Shown here piece by piece: positions 27,889 to 39,693 of a DNA stretch of 64,000 bases (position 1 is its first letter; each line of letters begins with the position of its first letter). The position numbers and the translations under genes were made by a program. The stretch is from NCBI GenBank assembly GCA_964607415.1, contig CAZSKK010000001.1, forward strand, positions 260,190 to 324,189, given 5' to 3'. Source of the DNA: an uncultured Candidatus Saccharibacteria bacterium (GTDB taxonomy: Bacteria; Patescibacteriota; Dojkabacteria; J137). Under the pieces are notes generated by a model. The model saw only the letters and a program-made list of their open reading frames with translations. It had not been told where the DNA came from and did not search any database.

Positions 27889-28803
27889 ATGACTATGTCT
27901 CATTTTTCAAAAACTCAAAAATTTCTTGTTTACTTTGGCGTTGTAATTTTTATTGCAACAGTTTTTGCGGCGTTTATTTTTGCAATTCAAAGTTTTAGAA
28001 TCAAATCTTTTAAACTAATATTTGTAGAGCCAGACATAATTGTAAATACAAAAAATTCTTTAGGTGAAATAAACTCCGAAAAAAAGTTTTACTTTGGGGA
28101 AACCATAGAAACAAAAGACGTTGTAACTCAAATCAACTTCAAAAATGGTTTTATAATTTCAAATACAAAAGGATCTTTGGATCTTAAAAAAGATGATGCA
28201 AAAATTTCATTTGGGCTTTTCTTTTTTAATATTTCATCGCCATATTCTATTGTAGTAAATGAAAAACGTGTATTCTTAAATCCCGGATTTAAAGGTTTTT
28301 TTGATTCCCAAACCGAAACTTTATACACTATTGAAGGCACCGGAAGCTTTAATTCTGTTGAATTTAATGAAGATAATATTGTGCTTATTACTTCTGATAC
28401 TATTTCACAATCTGAAATTGATAGATCGATGGTTGCCAATAGCGTTAGGCTTAAGAACTTTTTAAATAATATTTCTAAGTTTGAAGCTTTAAGTAGCTTC
28501 TGGACTGATTTTTCGGCTCCTGAACTTTTTGAAATTTCTCCTGAAAATGAAGCTATACTAGGCATTCCTTTTTTAACTATAAGTATAAAAACGGAGCCTG
28601 ATATTAAAATCTCACTTTCCGATATAACTCTTGGCCAATCTGATGGGAATGGAGATTTTAGCTTTAATACTGTTCTTAAACCAGGGATTAATAATGTAAC
28701 AATTTTCTTGGATGATGAACTGCAGAATAGAAATACAGTTGAGCTTATATATATTTATGAAACGAACGCAACTTCAGGACCGGTATCTTACACTACTTTG
28801 TAA
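27889..28803 (+). CDS. Hypothetical membrane-anchored protein
   Basis: N-terminal TM (LVYFGVVIFIATVFAAFIFAI); no motifs. Confidence 0.4.
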   Translation: MTMSHFSKTQKFLVYFGVVIFIATVFAAFIFAIQSFRIKSFKLIFVEPDIIVNTKNSLGEINSEKKFYFGETIETKDVVTQINFKNGFIISNTKGSLDLKKDDAKISFGLFFFNISSPYSIVVNEKRVFLNPGFKGFFDSQTETLYTIEGTGSFNSVEFNEDNIVLITSDTISQSEIDRSMVANSVRLKNFLNNISKFEALSSFWTDFSAPELFEISPENEAILGIPFLTISIKTEPDIKISLSDITLGQSDGNGDFSFNTVLKPGINNVTIFLDDELQNRNTVELIYIYETNATSGPVSYTTL

Positions 28804-28806
28804 TAA

Positions 28807-28886
28807 ATAACCCCTCCGGCACTAAAAGTGCCACCTCCGCTTTAAAAAGGGGAGAAAGGCGCGTAGCACCAGGAGGGAGGGGTTAT
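28807..28886. repeat. GC-rich structured intergenic element R2 (ATAACCCCTCC...GGAGGGGTTAT)
   Basis: 11-bp outer stem; inner hairpins GGCAC-TAAAA-GTGCC and CTCCGCTTT-AAAAA-GGGGAG. Sits between convergent genes and probably acts as a bidirectional terminator. Confidence 0.65.
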
Positions 28887-28890
28887 TCAA

Positions 28891-29973
28891 CTACCCATTG
28901 TGCTTAAAAAGCATTATATCTCCATCTTTCACAATATATGTTTTTCCTTCTAACCTAACTTTGCCTTTTTCTTTAGATTTAACCCAACCACCAAACTCCA
29001 CAAAATCTTGCCAGAAAACTACATCTGCGGCAATAAAGTTTTTCATTATATCTGTATGAATAGCTCCAGACGCTTGTTGTGCGTTTTCACCTTGCCTGAT
29101 AGTCCAGGCCCTGACTTCTGTAGGGCCTGAGGTAAAATATGAAATCAAACCTAAATGCTTGTACGCCTCTTGAGTTAATGTTTGTAAGCCAGTTTTTTCT
29201 ATTCCTAATTCTTTCATAAATTCAGCTCTCTCATCTTCTGTCATATTTGTAAGCTCTGCCTCTGTTTGAACATCCATAGGAACTACAATATTCTCACCAA
29301 CTAATGGTTTAATTTTAGCCATAACTGCATCTTTTTCTGCATCTTTTACATTTAAAAGAAATATTACAGGTTTATCCGTTAATAAAAACATTGTTTTTCT
29401 AAGTTCTTCAACTTCTTCATTGTTTGAATGTGGAAATTCAACAGCAAGCTTTCCGTTAGATAGATGCTGCATAAAAGCTTCAATAAAATCAACAACTGGT
29501 TTCATTTTTGCGTCGGTTCTTGCAAATCCTTTAATTGAAGATTTCTTTTTTTCAACTGTTTCAATATCTTTTAAAATTAATTCTGTATTAATTAATTCTA
29601 TGTCTCTTGCTGGATCAATAGAATTTTCTACGTGAGTAATATTTGGATCCTCAAATCCTCTAACTAAATGTACGATTGCAGAAACTTCTCTGATGTTTGC
29701 TAAAAATTGATTTCCAAGTCCTTCACCACTTGCTGCACCTTTTACAAGGCCCGCTATATCAACAAATTCAACAACTGCATTTGTAATTTTTGCTGGTTTT
29801 TCAACTTCTGCAACTTTGTTTAATCTTTCATCAAAAACTGGAACAATTCCAAAGTTTGGATCGATTGTTGCAAAAGGATAATTTGCAGCTAAAACTTTTT
29901 GACTTGTTAGTGCATTAAATAATGTGGATTTACCAACATTTGGTAATCCTACAATTCCTAAAGATAGTTTCAT
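28891..29973 (-). CDS. ychF: Ribosome-binding ATPase YchF (Obg-family GTPase)
   Basis: G1 GIVGLPNVGKSTLFNALT and a C-terminal TGS domain. Confidence 0.85.
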   Translation of the reverse strand: MKLSLGIVGLPNVGKSTLFNALTSQKVLAANYPFATIDPNFGIVPVFDERLNKVAEVEKPAKITNAVVEFVDIAGLVKGAASGEGLGNQFLANIREVSAIVHLVRGFEDPNITHVENSIDPARDIELINTELILKDIETVEKKKSSIKGFARTDAKMKPVVDFIEAFMQHLSNGKLAVEFPHSNNEEVEELRKTMFLLTDKPVIFLLNVKDAEKDAVMAKIKPLVGENIVVPMDVQTEAELTNMTEDERAEFMKELGIEKTGLQTLTQEAYKHLGLISYFTSGPTEVRAWTIRQGENAQQASGAIHTDIMKNFIAADVVFWQDFVEFGGWVKSKEKGKVRLEGKTYIVKDGDIMLFKHNG

Positions 29974-30058
29974 ATATAGTCTGCTTATTCAACTTACCTC
30001 TCTGTAGCAGAGGTCGATCATGCATTTTGTTTCATGATCACGTGAGATAAATAAAATT

Positions 30059-30107
30059 AGCTGATAGCTGATAGCTGATAGCTGATAGCTGATAGCTGAT
30101 AGCTGAT
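30059..30107. repeat. Perfect tandem array (AGCTGAT)x7 in the divergent intergenic region
   Basis: 49 nt of exact 7-bp repeats; palindromes GATCATG...CATGATC and TCACGTGA lie just upstream. Confidence 0.85.
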
Positions 30108-30260
30108 ATTACATTTTAGATTACTTAGAACAATTAGTGAACTTAGATTAATTTACCAAAATGATTATAGCAGGAAATTTTAAATATATAATCAGAATAT
30201 TGCATGTCGACAGTTAATGCCGTCTCGTGCTATAATAGATTATTAGTTTATTAAAAATAT

Positions 30261-31310
30261 ATGGCCGATTTTGAAAATTCACATTCGACATACTTAATCG
30301 AAACATTAAGGGGTAACCTTACTGTTTCTGAACAGATTGAAGACCCTATTTTAATAAAACTTGCTGATGAGATTAGATCAATAGCAGATGACATTACCTT
30401 ATATTTTGATCAAAATTGTAGTAATAAGAAGGCTCCGCCTAACATTGTTTTAATTTCTGATGAACTTTTATCTGATTTTTCTGAGGTTAATAGCGGGTTA
30501 ATAAGTAAAAAAGCAAATCACACAGCATTTTATTTAGGCGACAGTACAATATTGATTAATATAACAAGAATTTTAAGTGATTTTGGATTACAAGAACATC
30601 AAATAAATAGACTGAATGAAAAATTAAGTGATGAAGACCAATTAACCCTTCTGGGACCAGATGGGAAACTTTTTTTAAAACTAAGACTTGCAATTGATTT
30701 TTTAGATCATTATGCTATTAAATTAGACGCGAGTAATGGGATACGCTCGCTATTCTCATTTAAGTGGGCTTCGTCAATAAAAAGTAAAGTATTTCATCGC
30801 AAAAATATAGGTATTGTTACTTCATTTGAAAGAGCAACTGAAAAAGGAGCTCGACCGAACTTAGATAATGCAATTTCACACAAAGACTTTTATCAAACAA
30901 ATCTTCTGAAAATATTGGGGTTAAATTTAATTCTGCCTTCAGTTTGTTCGGACACAGAACTAATGACAATTAGTACTGCAGTCTTAACAAGAATTGATGG
31001 TAATCCGAACTTCAACCTTTATAAACCAGATGAGTTTTCTGAAGAAATGAACCGAAATGGAATAAATATAAACGATATAATTGAGTTTTTAAATTCTGAG
31101 AACCCACTAGCCAATATGCTTAGAGTTAATGCATTTGAGCAGGTTGATAAGGTTTCACTAATTCAAACTTTTGCAAGAAGTATACTAAATCCAAACAAAA
31201 ACGATTCAATACTTAAAGCATATTTAATAGCTAGCACGGGAAAAATTAATAATGTTTCGCTTGAAGCCTTATTTCAATTCATATCGGCTACTAGAGATAC
31301 TGAGGGATAA
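30261..31310 (+). CDS. Hypothetical protein
   Basis: 349-aa ORF; no motifs. Confidence 0.4.
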   Translation: MADFENSHSTYLIETLRGNLTVSEQIEDPILIKLADEIRSIADDITLYFDQNCSNKKAPPNIVLISDELLSDFSEVNSGLISKKANHTAFYLGDSTILINITRILSDFGLQEHQINRLNEKLSDEDQLTLLGPDGKLFLKLRLAIDFLDHYAIKLDASNGIRSLFSFKWASSIKSKVFHRKNIGIVTSFERATEKGARPNLDNAISHKDFYQTNLLKILGLNLILPSVCSDTELMTISTAVLTRIDGNPNFNLYKPDEFSEEMNRNGININDIIEFLNSENPLANMLRVNAFEQVDKVSLIQTFARSILNPNKNDSILKAYLIASTGKINNVSLEALFQFISATRDTEG

Positions 31311-31345
31311 AGAGTAACCTTAACTTAAAAGAGGAAGTGATTGGA

Positions 31346-33856
31346 TCAATTAGAATATTTAGCTGTTTCTCGTACGCGCTCCACTTCTTGTGCTAGTAGC
31401 TCAATATACAAAGCATACCCAATCTGTGAAATATGACCGTGCTGTTTCTTACCTAACAAATCCCCTGCGCCCCTGATTTCTAAATCTTTAGATGCAATTC
31501 TGAATCCAGCGCCTAAATCCTGGTTATCAACCAAAGATTGTAAGCGCTCTAGATATTTTTTCTGAACAAATTTTTTTGTTTTATCGTTAGAAGTATCCAT
31601 CATTTCGTCTTTTTCTATTTTATAATCTTTAAGTTCTTTACCTTCATAAAACAAATAGCAAAATGCTTTTTCTGGGCTTCGCCCAACCCTGCCTCTAAGC
31701 TGATACAGCTGTGACAGCCCAAATTTATGAGCCTTATTAATTATTATTGTATTAACATTTGAAAGGTCTATTCCATTTTCAATGATAGTTGTACAAATCA
31801 AACAATCATATTTTTTTTCATAAAACTCAAACATAATTTTATCAAGTTCATCTGGATTCATTTGTCCATGAGCAAAAACAAACCTAATTTTTGGCGCAAG
31901 AGTCTCAAGTTTCTTTTTTATAGACTGAATTGTTTGAACTTCGTTATGCAAAAAATAAACCTGACCTCCACGCTGAACCTCAAATTCAATAGCCTTAATA
32001 GCCTTGTTCCAATCGTCTTTTATTATTTCGGTTTTAATAGATTGTCTGCCTTTTGGGGGAGTAGTTATAATCGAAATATTTTGAAGAGAGGACAAAGCTA
32101 AACTTAAAGTTCTTGGAATTGGCGTTGCACTAACACTTAAAACATGAACTCCGTAATTTAACTTTTTGAGTTTTTCCTTTTGAGTAACTCCAAATTTTTG
32201 TTCTTCATCTAAGATTATTAACCCAAGATTTTTAAATTCAACGTCATTACTTAAAAGTCTATGCGTTCCAATAACAATATCTACTTTGCCTTCTTTTAGT
32301 CTTTCTAAAACTTTTTTATTTTCGTAAGGTTTTTTAAATCTAGAAATGTAGTCTATTTCGATTGGAAATTCTTTAAATCTTTCCTTAAAAACTTTAAAAT
32401 GCTGCGCTGTTAATACTGTTGTAGGAGTCAAAACTGCAACTTGTAAACCCTTTTCAACAATCTTAAATGCGGCTCGCATCATAACTTCAGTTTTGCCAAA
32501 GCCTACATCCCCAACCAATAATCGATCCATAGGCTTATCTTTTACCAAATCTTCAAGAATTTCATTTGCAGACCTTATTTGATCCTCAGTTTCTTCAAAC
32601 TTAAATTCATTAACAAACTCTTTATATTCTTTTGAATCTTTCTCAAAAATCGGCTCAGCATGGGAAATTTCCCGTTTAGCATAATGTTCCAAAAGTTCCT
32701 TAGCCAAAAGCCTTACAGAAACTTTAACTTTTGACTTTAAGTGTTCCCAGGAAGCTTTTCCAAGTCTTGTTAATCTTGGATCCATGCCGCTATTTCCGAT
32801 ATATTTTGTAATTTTTTCTATTTGGTGTATAGGAACATAAAGCTCGTCGCCTTCTGCATATTTGATTAATAAATAATCTTCGGCGGTACCAAAAGATTCT
32901 TCCTGCTTCATTCCTGAATAAACCCCAACGCCGTAGTCTTCATGAACAACAAAATCACCAATTTCAATATTCCCTTCAAACTGTCTAAGTAATTTCTGAA
33001 TGTTGTTTGAATTAGATTTTTTAATTTTAGAAACAAATACAGTTCCAAAAAGCTCTCTATCAGTAAATATTGCAATTCTTTCTGACTCTGAAAGAAGTCC
33101 AGCCTGAAGTTTTGGAATATGCTTAAACTTCTTAATTTTTGTTTTGGTATATTTAGCTAAAGTTGTGTTTAATTCATCTTCATGATTAGTTTGAATTAAA
33201 ATTTCATAGCCGTTATTTTTAAGTTTTTCAATCTCTTGTTCAAATATATTTAATTTTGAAAAGAAAAGTGGTGGGAAAGTGTAGTCAGTTTCAGTGTAAT
33301 CGCAGTCTTTTGGAATTTCGTTGAGTTTGGAGGAAGTGAAGATTAAACTCTTGAAACCGGAAGATGGAAGTCGGATACCAGTAGGAGAGTTTCCAGCCTC
33401 TGACCTCTGGTATCCGATAACTACTCGTATACCACTCAGGTCATCCCCTTCATCTTTTTTATATTCAGAAATCACTAATTCATTTAAATCTTTTAACTTT
33501 CTACCCAAAATATCATCATACAAATACATTGATTCTAATTTATCTCCAAAAAACTCAAGCTTAATTGGGAAATCATAACCATATGGCCAAACCGAAACTA
33601 TATCTCCTTTTACACTAAATTCTCCTTTTTGAGTAAGTATATTTTGTCTTTCAAGAGATTTAGATAAGTTTTGAACGAAGTCAGAAAACTTTATCTCATT
33701 AGAATATAGAATATATGAGTGTTGAATGTATTCAAAAGCCTCAATGCTAAATCCTTCGGAATAGACGTGCAAGTTTTCCCCATTTATAAAAAGAGGTACC
33801 AGATGAAGGGGAGCTTTTATTATCCTAACACTTTTCATGACTATGCATTTTAACAT
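31346..33856 (-). CDS. mfd: Transcription-repair coupling factor Mfd (compact, 836 aa)
   Basis: Walker [21 protein letters not shown] box [12 protein letters not shown], helicase C motifs and TRG-like C-terminus. The N-terminal UvrB-homology module is much shortened. Confidence 0.8.
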   Translation of the reverse strand: MLKCIVMKSVRIIKAPLHLVPLFINGENLHVYSEGFSIEAFEYIQHSYILYSNEIKFSDFVQNLSKSLERQNILTQKGEFSVKGDIVSVWPYGYDFPIKLEFFGDKLESMYLYDDILGRKLKDLNELVISEYKKDEGDDLSGIRVVIGYQRSEAGNSPTGIRLPSSGFKSLIFTSSKLNEIPKDCDYTETDYTFPPLFFSKLNIFEQEIEKLKNNGYEILIQTNHEDELNTTLAKYTKTKIKKFKHIPKLQAGLLSESERIAIFTDRELFGTVFVSKIKKSNSNNIQKLLRQFEGNIEIGDFVVHEDYGVGVYSGMKQEESFGTAEDYLLIKYAEGDELYVPIHQIEKITKYIGNSGMDPRLTRLGKASWEHLKSKVKVSVRLLAKELLEHYAKREISHAEPIFEKDSKEYKEFVNEFKFEETEDQIRSANEILEDLVKDKPMDRLLVGDVGFGKTEVMMRAAFKIVEKGLQVAVLTPTTVLTAQHFKVFKERFKEFPIEIDYISRFKKPYENKKVLERLKEGKVDIVIGTHRLLSNDVEFKNLGLIILDEEQKFGVTQKEKLKKLNYGVHVLSVSATPIPRTLSLALSSLQNISIITTPPKGRQSIKTEIIKDDWNKAIKAIEFEVQRGGQVYFLHNEVQTIQSIKKKLETLAPKIRFVFAHGQMNPDELDKIMFEFYEKKYDCLICTTIIENGIDLSNVNTIIINKAHKFGLSQLYQLRGRVGRSPEKAFCYLFYEGKELKDYKIEKDEMMDTSNDKTKKFVQKKYLERLQSLVDNQDLGAGFRIASKDLEIRGAGDLLGKKQHGHISQIGYALYIELLAQEVERVRETAKYSN

Positions 33857-33894
33857 GAGTACTGTAATATTTAATTAGTTAAGTAATTTAAGAA

Positions 33895-34671
33895 ATGTCT
33901 TTGTTAGTTTTTAAAGCAATTTCAGAAAATCCAAGAGAATCTTTATCGAGACGTGCGCTAGCCACTTCAATACATAATGAGCTTTCACAAATCTTTGATT
34001 CACTGCAAATCAATGACATACCTGAAATTAATATTTTAGATAGCCAAGAGGAAGATTCAGTACAAAAAGCTCTAAAACTTTTGAGTCAGTTTGATTTAGA
34101 AGAAATTAAAGATTTTATTGAGAAAATAACTGTAAAGGCAACCATTCTGCAGCTCCACACAAATGAATATAAAATTTATTTAGACAGTCTTTTTTTGCCC
34201 TTGTTAAAAGCAAAATTGTATAACGATGAGTTTAATGTCTCAGTTACAGAATCATTTAAGGGGGGAGATCTTTCCAGTAGAGCTACTTTGTTTCTTGCTA
34301 GAGCTGGTATTGTAAAGTTAAAGCAGCTTTTAAATCTAACTTTTCCAGAACTTTTGGCTATTTATAATAATAATTACGCTGCCAGCTCTTCCGCCAATAA
34401 AATTAGTGACGCTCTTCAATTAAAAGGAATGCGCTTATTGAATAGCTATGAAAGAAGGCTAACAAAATTAGACGCTCTGGGTACAAAAGGTGCAAGTTTA
34501 TGCATTTGCGCGGGAATTCTTACTCAAGAAGAATTATGGGAAAAACAATATTCTGGAGCTCAACTTCAAAAAAATCTTGCCCAATATATAGTTCATAGGA
34601 AAAGATATTTGGATCTTAAGTTCCAACAGATACCAATAGTTAAATCATGGATTAATGAAAACGAACATTAA
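33895..34671 (+). CDS. Hypothetical protein with RNAP alpha-CTD-like HhH module (paralog of 35830..36618)
   Basis: SSRATLFLARAGIVKLKQLLNLTFPELL...KISDALQLKGMRLL resembles the alpha-CTD fold pattern; shares motifs with its paralog. Confidence 0.45.
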   Translation: MSLLVFKAISENPRESLSRRALATSIHNELSQIFDSLQINDIPEINILDSQEEDSVQKALKLLSQFDLEEIKDFIEKITVKATILQLHTNEYKIYLDSLFLPLLKAKLYNDEFNVSVTESFKGGDLSSRATLFLARAGIVKLKQLLNLTFPELLAIYNNNYAASSSANKISDALQLKGMRLLNSYERRLTKLDALGTKGASLCICAGILTQEELWEKQYSGAQLQKNLAQYIVHRKRYLDLKFQQIPIVKSWINENEH

Positions 34672-34739
34672 CTTTCTAACACCTTAGAAAGCCTCTAGCC
34701 TGTATAACTTTCAGTAATACTTACTATCTTTTCTAGAAG

Positions 34740-35789
34740 TTAATTATTCCTACCTAATCTTCTTTCATTAATAAACCTTTCAATTACAATGTGTGTTATT
34801 TCTGAAAGGATTAAAAGTGAATGTAAGTAAGTTCTTCCTTCTTGTGTGTCCATACTACTAACCATAAACTTAACAAAATCTTCTCTTAATTCTTCTGGGC
34901 ATAGCAGGCATTGTAAAGGAATTTCGTACATATTCATAACATCTGCTCTGTCTAACCAAATATTGTTACCCCTTACGTGAATATCTGAAATCATTAAATT
35001 TTCAGGAATATTTACGCCAAGATTTTGGAATATATCCACTAGCCGATATGAATTTCCACTACCATCCAGTAGTAAATTTCTTAAATATTGACTGAGTTCA
35101 TTAATTATAGGATTTACTGTAATATCTCTACTTGCTTTTAAATACTTATCAAATTCCTCCTCGTTTTGTATATTTGTAAAATCAAATTCAGGATCATTTC
35201 TAACATCATCTTGATACTTGTCCCATATATTAACAATATACTGATATGTAAACCAATCTTTATTTAAAACAGCATCCCTTACTTTTTTGTTAGAAAAATA
35301 ATCATCATAGTTCTTCCTTGATTCCTGTCGTCTTTTTCTTGCATGGACAATACTGACTTCTGCTCTTTTATGAATTTCCTCATCAACAAAAGGTGAAATT
35401 TCAGCTATCAAAGCTTGAATTAGAATTTGTCTTTCTTCCTTTGTATAACCTTTATTGTATTTTTCTATGTCAGCGTCAACCTTATCTTGAATAAATTTTG
35501 CAATTGAGCTCCAAGCTTTTTCTTCAAGATTATGAGTCCAGTGGTGGCTGTATTCAGCTTTCTTATCTTCGGGAAAATTAACAAGATTTACGTACATTGT
35601 TACAAGTGTTTTGGCCTGAAAAGAAAGCTGATACTGCGCAAATGCATATGCTTTCTGATAAATCTGAAGATCCAAAGTCTTTTCTTCTTCAGGTGTTAGG
35701 TTAAATGGATTTTCTGATTGTGGAGTAACCTCACTTTCAACATCTTTGTCATTTGGCAAATTTGGTAAATTATTAAATGAATCACTCAT
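34740..35789 (-). CDS. Hypothetical protein
   Basis: 349-aa ORF flanked by the two alpha-CTD-like paralogs; no motifs. Confidence 0.4.
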   Translation of the reverse strand: MSDSFNNLPNLPNDKDVESEVTPQSENPFNLTPEEEKTLDLQIYQKAYAFAQYQLSFQAKTLVTMYVNLVNFPEDKKAEYSHHWTHNLEEKAWSSIAKFIQDKVDADIEKYNKGYTKEERQILIQALIAEISPFVDEEIHKRAEVSIVHARKRRQESRKNYDDYFSNKKVRDAVLNKDWFTYQYIVNIWDKYQDDVRNDPEFDFTNIQNEEEFDKYLKASRDITVNPIINELSQYLRNLLLDGSGNSYRLVDIFQNLGVNIPENLMISDIHVRGNNIWLDRADVMNMYEIPLQCLLCPEELREDFVKFMVSSMDTQEGRTYLHSLLILSEITHIVIERFINERRLGRNN

Positions 35790-35829
35790 ATTTAGTATAT
35801 AACTAATTAATATACTCTATTAGTAAAGT

Positions 35830-36618
35830 TTGGTGTACAATTTATCAATGGCCTTATTTGTATTTGAAGCTGCTGAACAAAATGAAGATACTCCTCTGAA
35901 CAAGTCCTATGCGCACTCCTTGTATCTTGCTCTTTCATCAGCTCTTGAGGTTACACAGTCACAGGATATATTTTTTCAAGAAATTGTAGATCAATTAACT
36001 CATGAACCTCAGTCTGCAAATGTTGTTGACGTGGCATTAAATTTACTAGTGACAAAGCTTAAATTCCCAAATAGTTCAATTTTTGATGTTTGGCGAAGAT
36101 CAAAAGAATTGGAAATATATGTTAGTCCATCTGATTTTTATAATTACTTGAGTTTAAGGGGTTTGCTTCAAAAGCCCATGGAAATAAAGGTCATAGGAAT
36201 ATCTGAGTTATTTCGTGATAATAAACTAACCTCAAGTGCTTTACAAAGAAATGGTATAGGCACTTTAAAACAGCTGATAAACTTAACCCTAACAGAGTTA
36301 GGCTCTTTAGATAGAATTGGAAAAACTAATATTCAGCATGTACTCCAAATGCTTACACCGCTAGGATATAGTCTACTTACTGAAAGTCAAAGAAAGCGAA
36401 GTAAATTAGATAAACTCGGTACCGATGGTGCGGTGTTTTCAATTAGATGTAAAATTTACAATCTGGACGATTTACTGAATTCTGAATTTTTAACTGCATA
36501 TAAAACAAATAGGAATTCTGCGAACGAACTTGGAAGATTAATGTTTGGTATGAATGAATTTGAACAATCAACTTTCATGAAAGGATGGAGAAAATTTAAT
36601 AAGCTTGACGAACAGTAA
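35830..36618 (+). CDS. Hypothetical protein with RNAP alpha-CTD-like HhH module (paralog of 33895..34671)
   Basis: LTSSALQRNGIGTLKQLINLTLTELGSLDRIGKTNIQHVLQMLTPLGYSL follows the alpha-CTD signature; N-terminus also conserved with the paralog. Confidence 0.45.
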   Translation: MVYNLSMALFVFEAAEQNEDTPLNKSYAHSLYLALSSALEVTQSQDIFFQEIVDQLTHEPQSANVVDVALNLLVTKLKFPNSSIFDVWRRSKELEIYVSPSDFYNYLSLRGLLQKPMEIKVIGISELFRDNKLTSSALQRNGIGTLKQLINLTLTELGSLDRIGKTNIQHVLQMLTPLGYSLLTESQRKRSKLDKLGTDGAVFSIRCKIYNLDDLLNSEFLTAYKTNRNSANELGRLMFGMNEFEQSTFMKGWRKFNKLDEQ

Positions 36619-39600
36619 CTATATGATCTTCTTCAACCACTGCCCCGTGTAACTTTCGGAAACATTTGAAATTTGCGCTGGAGTTCCTTCGGCAATTATT
36701 TGACCTCCTCCTTGTCCTCCCTCGGGACCTAAATCAATGATCCAATCTGCTGTTTTTATTACATCAAGATTATGCTCAATTACAATAACTGTATTTCCCC
36801 TAGCTACTAGCCCGTGTAGCACAACCAAAAGTTTTCTAACATCTTCAAAATGTAATCCTGTGGTCGGTTCGTCTAAAATATATAATGTTTTACCTGTATA
36901 TCTTTTAGATAACTCCGATGAAAGTTTAACTCTTTGTGATTCTCCACCAGAAAGTGTTGTGGCACCTTGTCCTAGCCTAATATATCCTAACCCAACATCA
37001 TTTAATGTTTGAAGTTTACTTTTAATTACTGGAACTTTATCAAAAAATTCAACAGCTTCTTCAACAGGCATATTCAAAACCTCGGAGATATTCTTACCTT
37101 TATAGTCTATTTGAAGTGTTTCTCTGTTATATCTTAAACCTTTGCATTCTTCACAAGTTACATAAACATCAGGCAAAAACTGCATCGCAATTTTAATTAC
37201 TCCAGCTCCTTCACACTTTTCACACCTTCCACCTTTAACATTGAAGCTAAATCTGCCAGATTTATAACCCCTGATTTTTGACTCTTTGGTTTGAGCAAAA
37301 ATCTCCCTTATTTGGGTAAAAACTCCAGTATAAGTTGCTGGATTTGATCTTGGTGTCCTTCCGATTGGAGATTGATCAATATCAATAATTTTATCAATGT
37401 TCTCAATTCCACGTAGTTCTTTGTAAGCACCAGGGTTATCACTAGCCCCATTTATCTGCTTTGCTAGTGCTTTATACAGCACGTCATTTACGAGTGAGGA
37501 TTTTCCTGAGCCTGAAACTCCAGTTATACTTACAAATCTACCCAATGGAATTTCCAGGTCAACGTTTTTAAGATTATTATGAGTGACGCCATAAAGCTTA
37601 ATGTAATTTCCATTAGATTTTCTAAATTCATGAATACCTATTTCTTTAAGCTCTTTTTTGATTTCAGTTATATCAATTTTTCTTTTGCCACTTAAATACT
37701 TTCCTGTGATAGATCTTTCCTGTTTTATTATGTCTTCTACATTTCCAGTAGCAACAACTTCGCCGCCGTGTTCACCTGCTAAAGGTCCTATGTCCACAAC
37801 GTAATCAGCTTTCCTTATCGTATCTTCATCATGTTCAACAACAACAACAGTGTTTCCAATATCCCTTAAATTTTCTAAGGTTTTAATCAGCCTGTCATTA
37901 TCACGCTGATGTAGGCCAATTGATGGCTCATCAAGTACATACATAACTCCAGTTAAACCTGTTCCTATTTGAGAGGCAAGCCTTATACGCTGAGATTCTC
38001 CCCCCGAAAGTGTTCTTGCAGTCCTATTTAGAGTTAAATATTCAAGTCCAACAGAGTTTAAAAAATTCAATCTTACGGCTATCTCTTTAAAAATTTGTTT
38101 ACCAATTTGCATTTCTTGCTCAGAAAGCTTATCTTCGCTAGCTAAAATTTCTGGAAAAGTAAAAAGTTCAGTAAGCACTGAACCTGCAATCTCCCCTCCT
38201 GATAGAGGATTAGGGGGAGTGTCTTCTCGGGATTGAAGTGATGTTATCCACCTGTGCGCATCTTTAATAGACATATTTCCAATATCTACAATATTTTTGC
38301 CTTCAATTGTTACGGCCAAAGCTTCTTTTTTAAGTCTGTATCCTTTGCATTCTGCGCAGGGTTTTTCAATCATGTATTGCTCAATTTCAGATCTAATATA
38401 TTCTGAATCTGTTTCGCTGTATCGTCTTAGAAGATTTGGAATTACGCCTTCAAATTCAATTTTTAGTGATCTCATTTCTCCGTTCGAATCTTCATATTCA
38501 ATGTCAAATTTTTCATTTTTGACTCCATAAAGTAAGATTTCAAGCTGCTCTTCAGGCAATTTTCCAAGAGATTTTCTTAAATCAATTTTCTTTTTTTCAG
38601 AAACTTTCTGAATTAATCTCATCGTAAATGATTTTGGGTTTTCAATAACTCTATTCCAAGGATAAATTCCACCCTCCATAACAGTTAACCTTGGATTATA
38701 AATATTTGATGGATCAATTTCTTTTATTGTGCCAAGACCATTACAAACAGGGCATGCACCAAAAGGAGAGTTAAAAGAAAAAGTGTGTGGTTCAATTTCT
38801 GAAAAAGATTGTCCTGATTCTGGATCTACTAACTTTTCAGAGTAAAAAACATCATCTGATTGGCCATCAGGAAGATTCACTAAAACTTCTCCATCTCCTA
38901 AATTAATTGAAAGCTCTATTGAATCAGTTAATCTTTTTAAAAGCTCTGAATCATCTTTTGAGTTTTTATCAATAACAAGTCTATCAATAACAAGTTCAAT
39001 ATTGTGTTTTTTAAATTTATCAAGCTTTATTTCTTCTTCAAGACTATAAACATTTCCATCAACTCTAACTCTTACAAAACCCTGAGATAAGAATCTTGAA
39101 AACAATTCTTCGTATGTTCCTTTTCTATTTTTGATTAGGGGTGCAAGTACTATTATTTTTATTGAAGATAGATCTCCCTCTCCCTTGGGAGAGGGTTGGG
39201 GTGAGGTAAACCTCATGTAGTAATTTAAAATATCATCTACAATTTGTTGAACTGTTTGTTTTTCTAATCTTCTACCTGAAATTGGACTTCTTGCATGGCC
39301 GCATCTTGCAAAAAATAATCTTAAATAATCGTAAATTTCGGTAACAGTTCCAACAGTTGAACGAGGATTGTGACCTGCAGATTTTTGATCTATTGAAATT
39401 GCTGGAGATAAACCTTCTATAAGATCCACATCAGGTTTTTCCATTAAACCCAAAAATTGCCTTGCATATGCAGACAATGATTCGACATACCTGCGCTGAC
39501 CTTCAGCATACAATGTATCAAACGCTAAAGATGATTTTCCAGAGCCTGAAAGGCCTGTAATTACCGTAAGTTTATCTTTTGGAAGATCTACGTCTATATT

Positions 39601-39654
39601 CTTAAGATTATTAGTCCTAGCACCTCTAATTTTGATTATATCCATGTGTTGCAT
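36619..39654 (-). CDS. uvrA: Excinuclease ABC subunit A
   Basis: [61 protein letters not shown], both ABC modules and zinc-finger Cys clusters. Start placed at [13 protein letters not shown]; the extra 29 codons in the ORF track lie upstream of the predicted promoter. Confidence 0.9.
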   Translation of the reverse strand: MQHMDIIKIRGARTNNLKNIDVDLPKDKLTVITGLSGSGKSSLAFDTLYAEGQRRYVESLSAYARQFLGLMEKPDVDLIEGLSPAISIDQKSAGHNPRSTVGTVTEIYDYLRLFFARCGHARSPISGRRLEKQTVQQIVDDILNYYMRFTSPQPSPKGEGDLSSIKIIVLAPLIKNRKGTYEELFSRFLSQGFVRVRVDGNVYSLEEEIKLDKFKKHNIELVIDRLVIDKNSKDDSELLKRLTDSIELSINLGDGEVLVNLPDGQSDDVFYSEKLVDPESGQSFSEIEPHTFSFNSPFGACPVCNGLGTIKEIDPSNIYNPRLTVMEGGIYPWNRVIENPKSFTMRLIQKVSEKKKIDLRKSLGKLPEEQLEILLYGVKNEKFDIEYEDSNGEMRSLKIEFEGVIPNLLRRYSETDSEYIRSEIEQYMIEKPCAECKGYRLKKEALAVTIEGKNIVDIGNMSIKDAHRWITSLQSREDTPPNPLSGGEIAGSVLTELFTFPEILASEDKLSEQEMQIGKQIFKEIAVRLNFLNSVGLEYLTLNRTARTLSGGESQRIRLASQIGTGLTGVMYVLDEPSIGLHQRDNDRLIKTLENLRDIGNTVVVVEHDEDTIRKADYVVDIGPLAGEHGGEVVATGNVEDIIKQERSITGKYLSGKRKIDITEIKKELKEIGIHEFRKSNGNYIKLYGVTHNNLKNVDLEIPLGRFVSITGVSGSGKSSLVNDVLYKALAKQINGASDNPGAYKELRGIENIDKIIDIDQSPIGRTPRSNPATYTGVFTQIREIFAQTKESKIRGYKSGRFSFNVKGGRCEKCEGAGVIKIAMQFLPDVYVTCEECKGLRYNRETLQIDYKGKNISEVLNMPVEEAVEFFDKVPVIKSKLQTLNDVGLGYIRLGQGATTLSGGESQRVKLSSELSKRYTGKTLYILDEPTTGLHFEDVRKLLVVLHGLVARGNTVIVIEHNLDVIKTADWIIDLGPEGGQGGGQIIAEGTPAQISNVSESYTGQWLKKII

Positions 39655-39684
39655 AACTGAGAAATGTGAAGTTTGTAACAGAAG

Positions 39685-39693
39685 ATTATAACA
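39685..39693 (-). promoter_or_regulatory. Extended -10 promoter (TGtTATAAT on minus strand) for uvrA
   Basis: Plus-strand ATTATAACA is the reverse complement of TGTTATAAT, 31 nt upstream of the chosen uvrA start. Confidence 0.4.

Noticed and set aside
30059-30107. Possible CRISPR array
   Set aside because: The unit is 7 bp with no spacers; it is a microsatellite-type tandem repeat, not CRISPR. No cas genes are present in the window.
36737-38530. Antisense ORFs inside uvrA (36737..37012, 38297..38530) and similar small ORFs inside the helicase, mfd, RND and Cys-rich genes
   Set aside because: They are fully embedded in the opposite strand of well-supported conserved genes, with no motifs.
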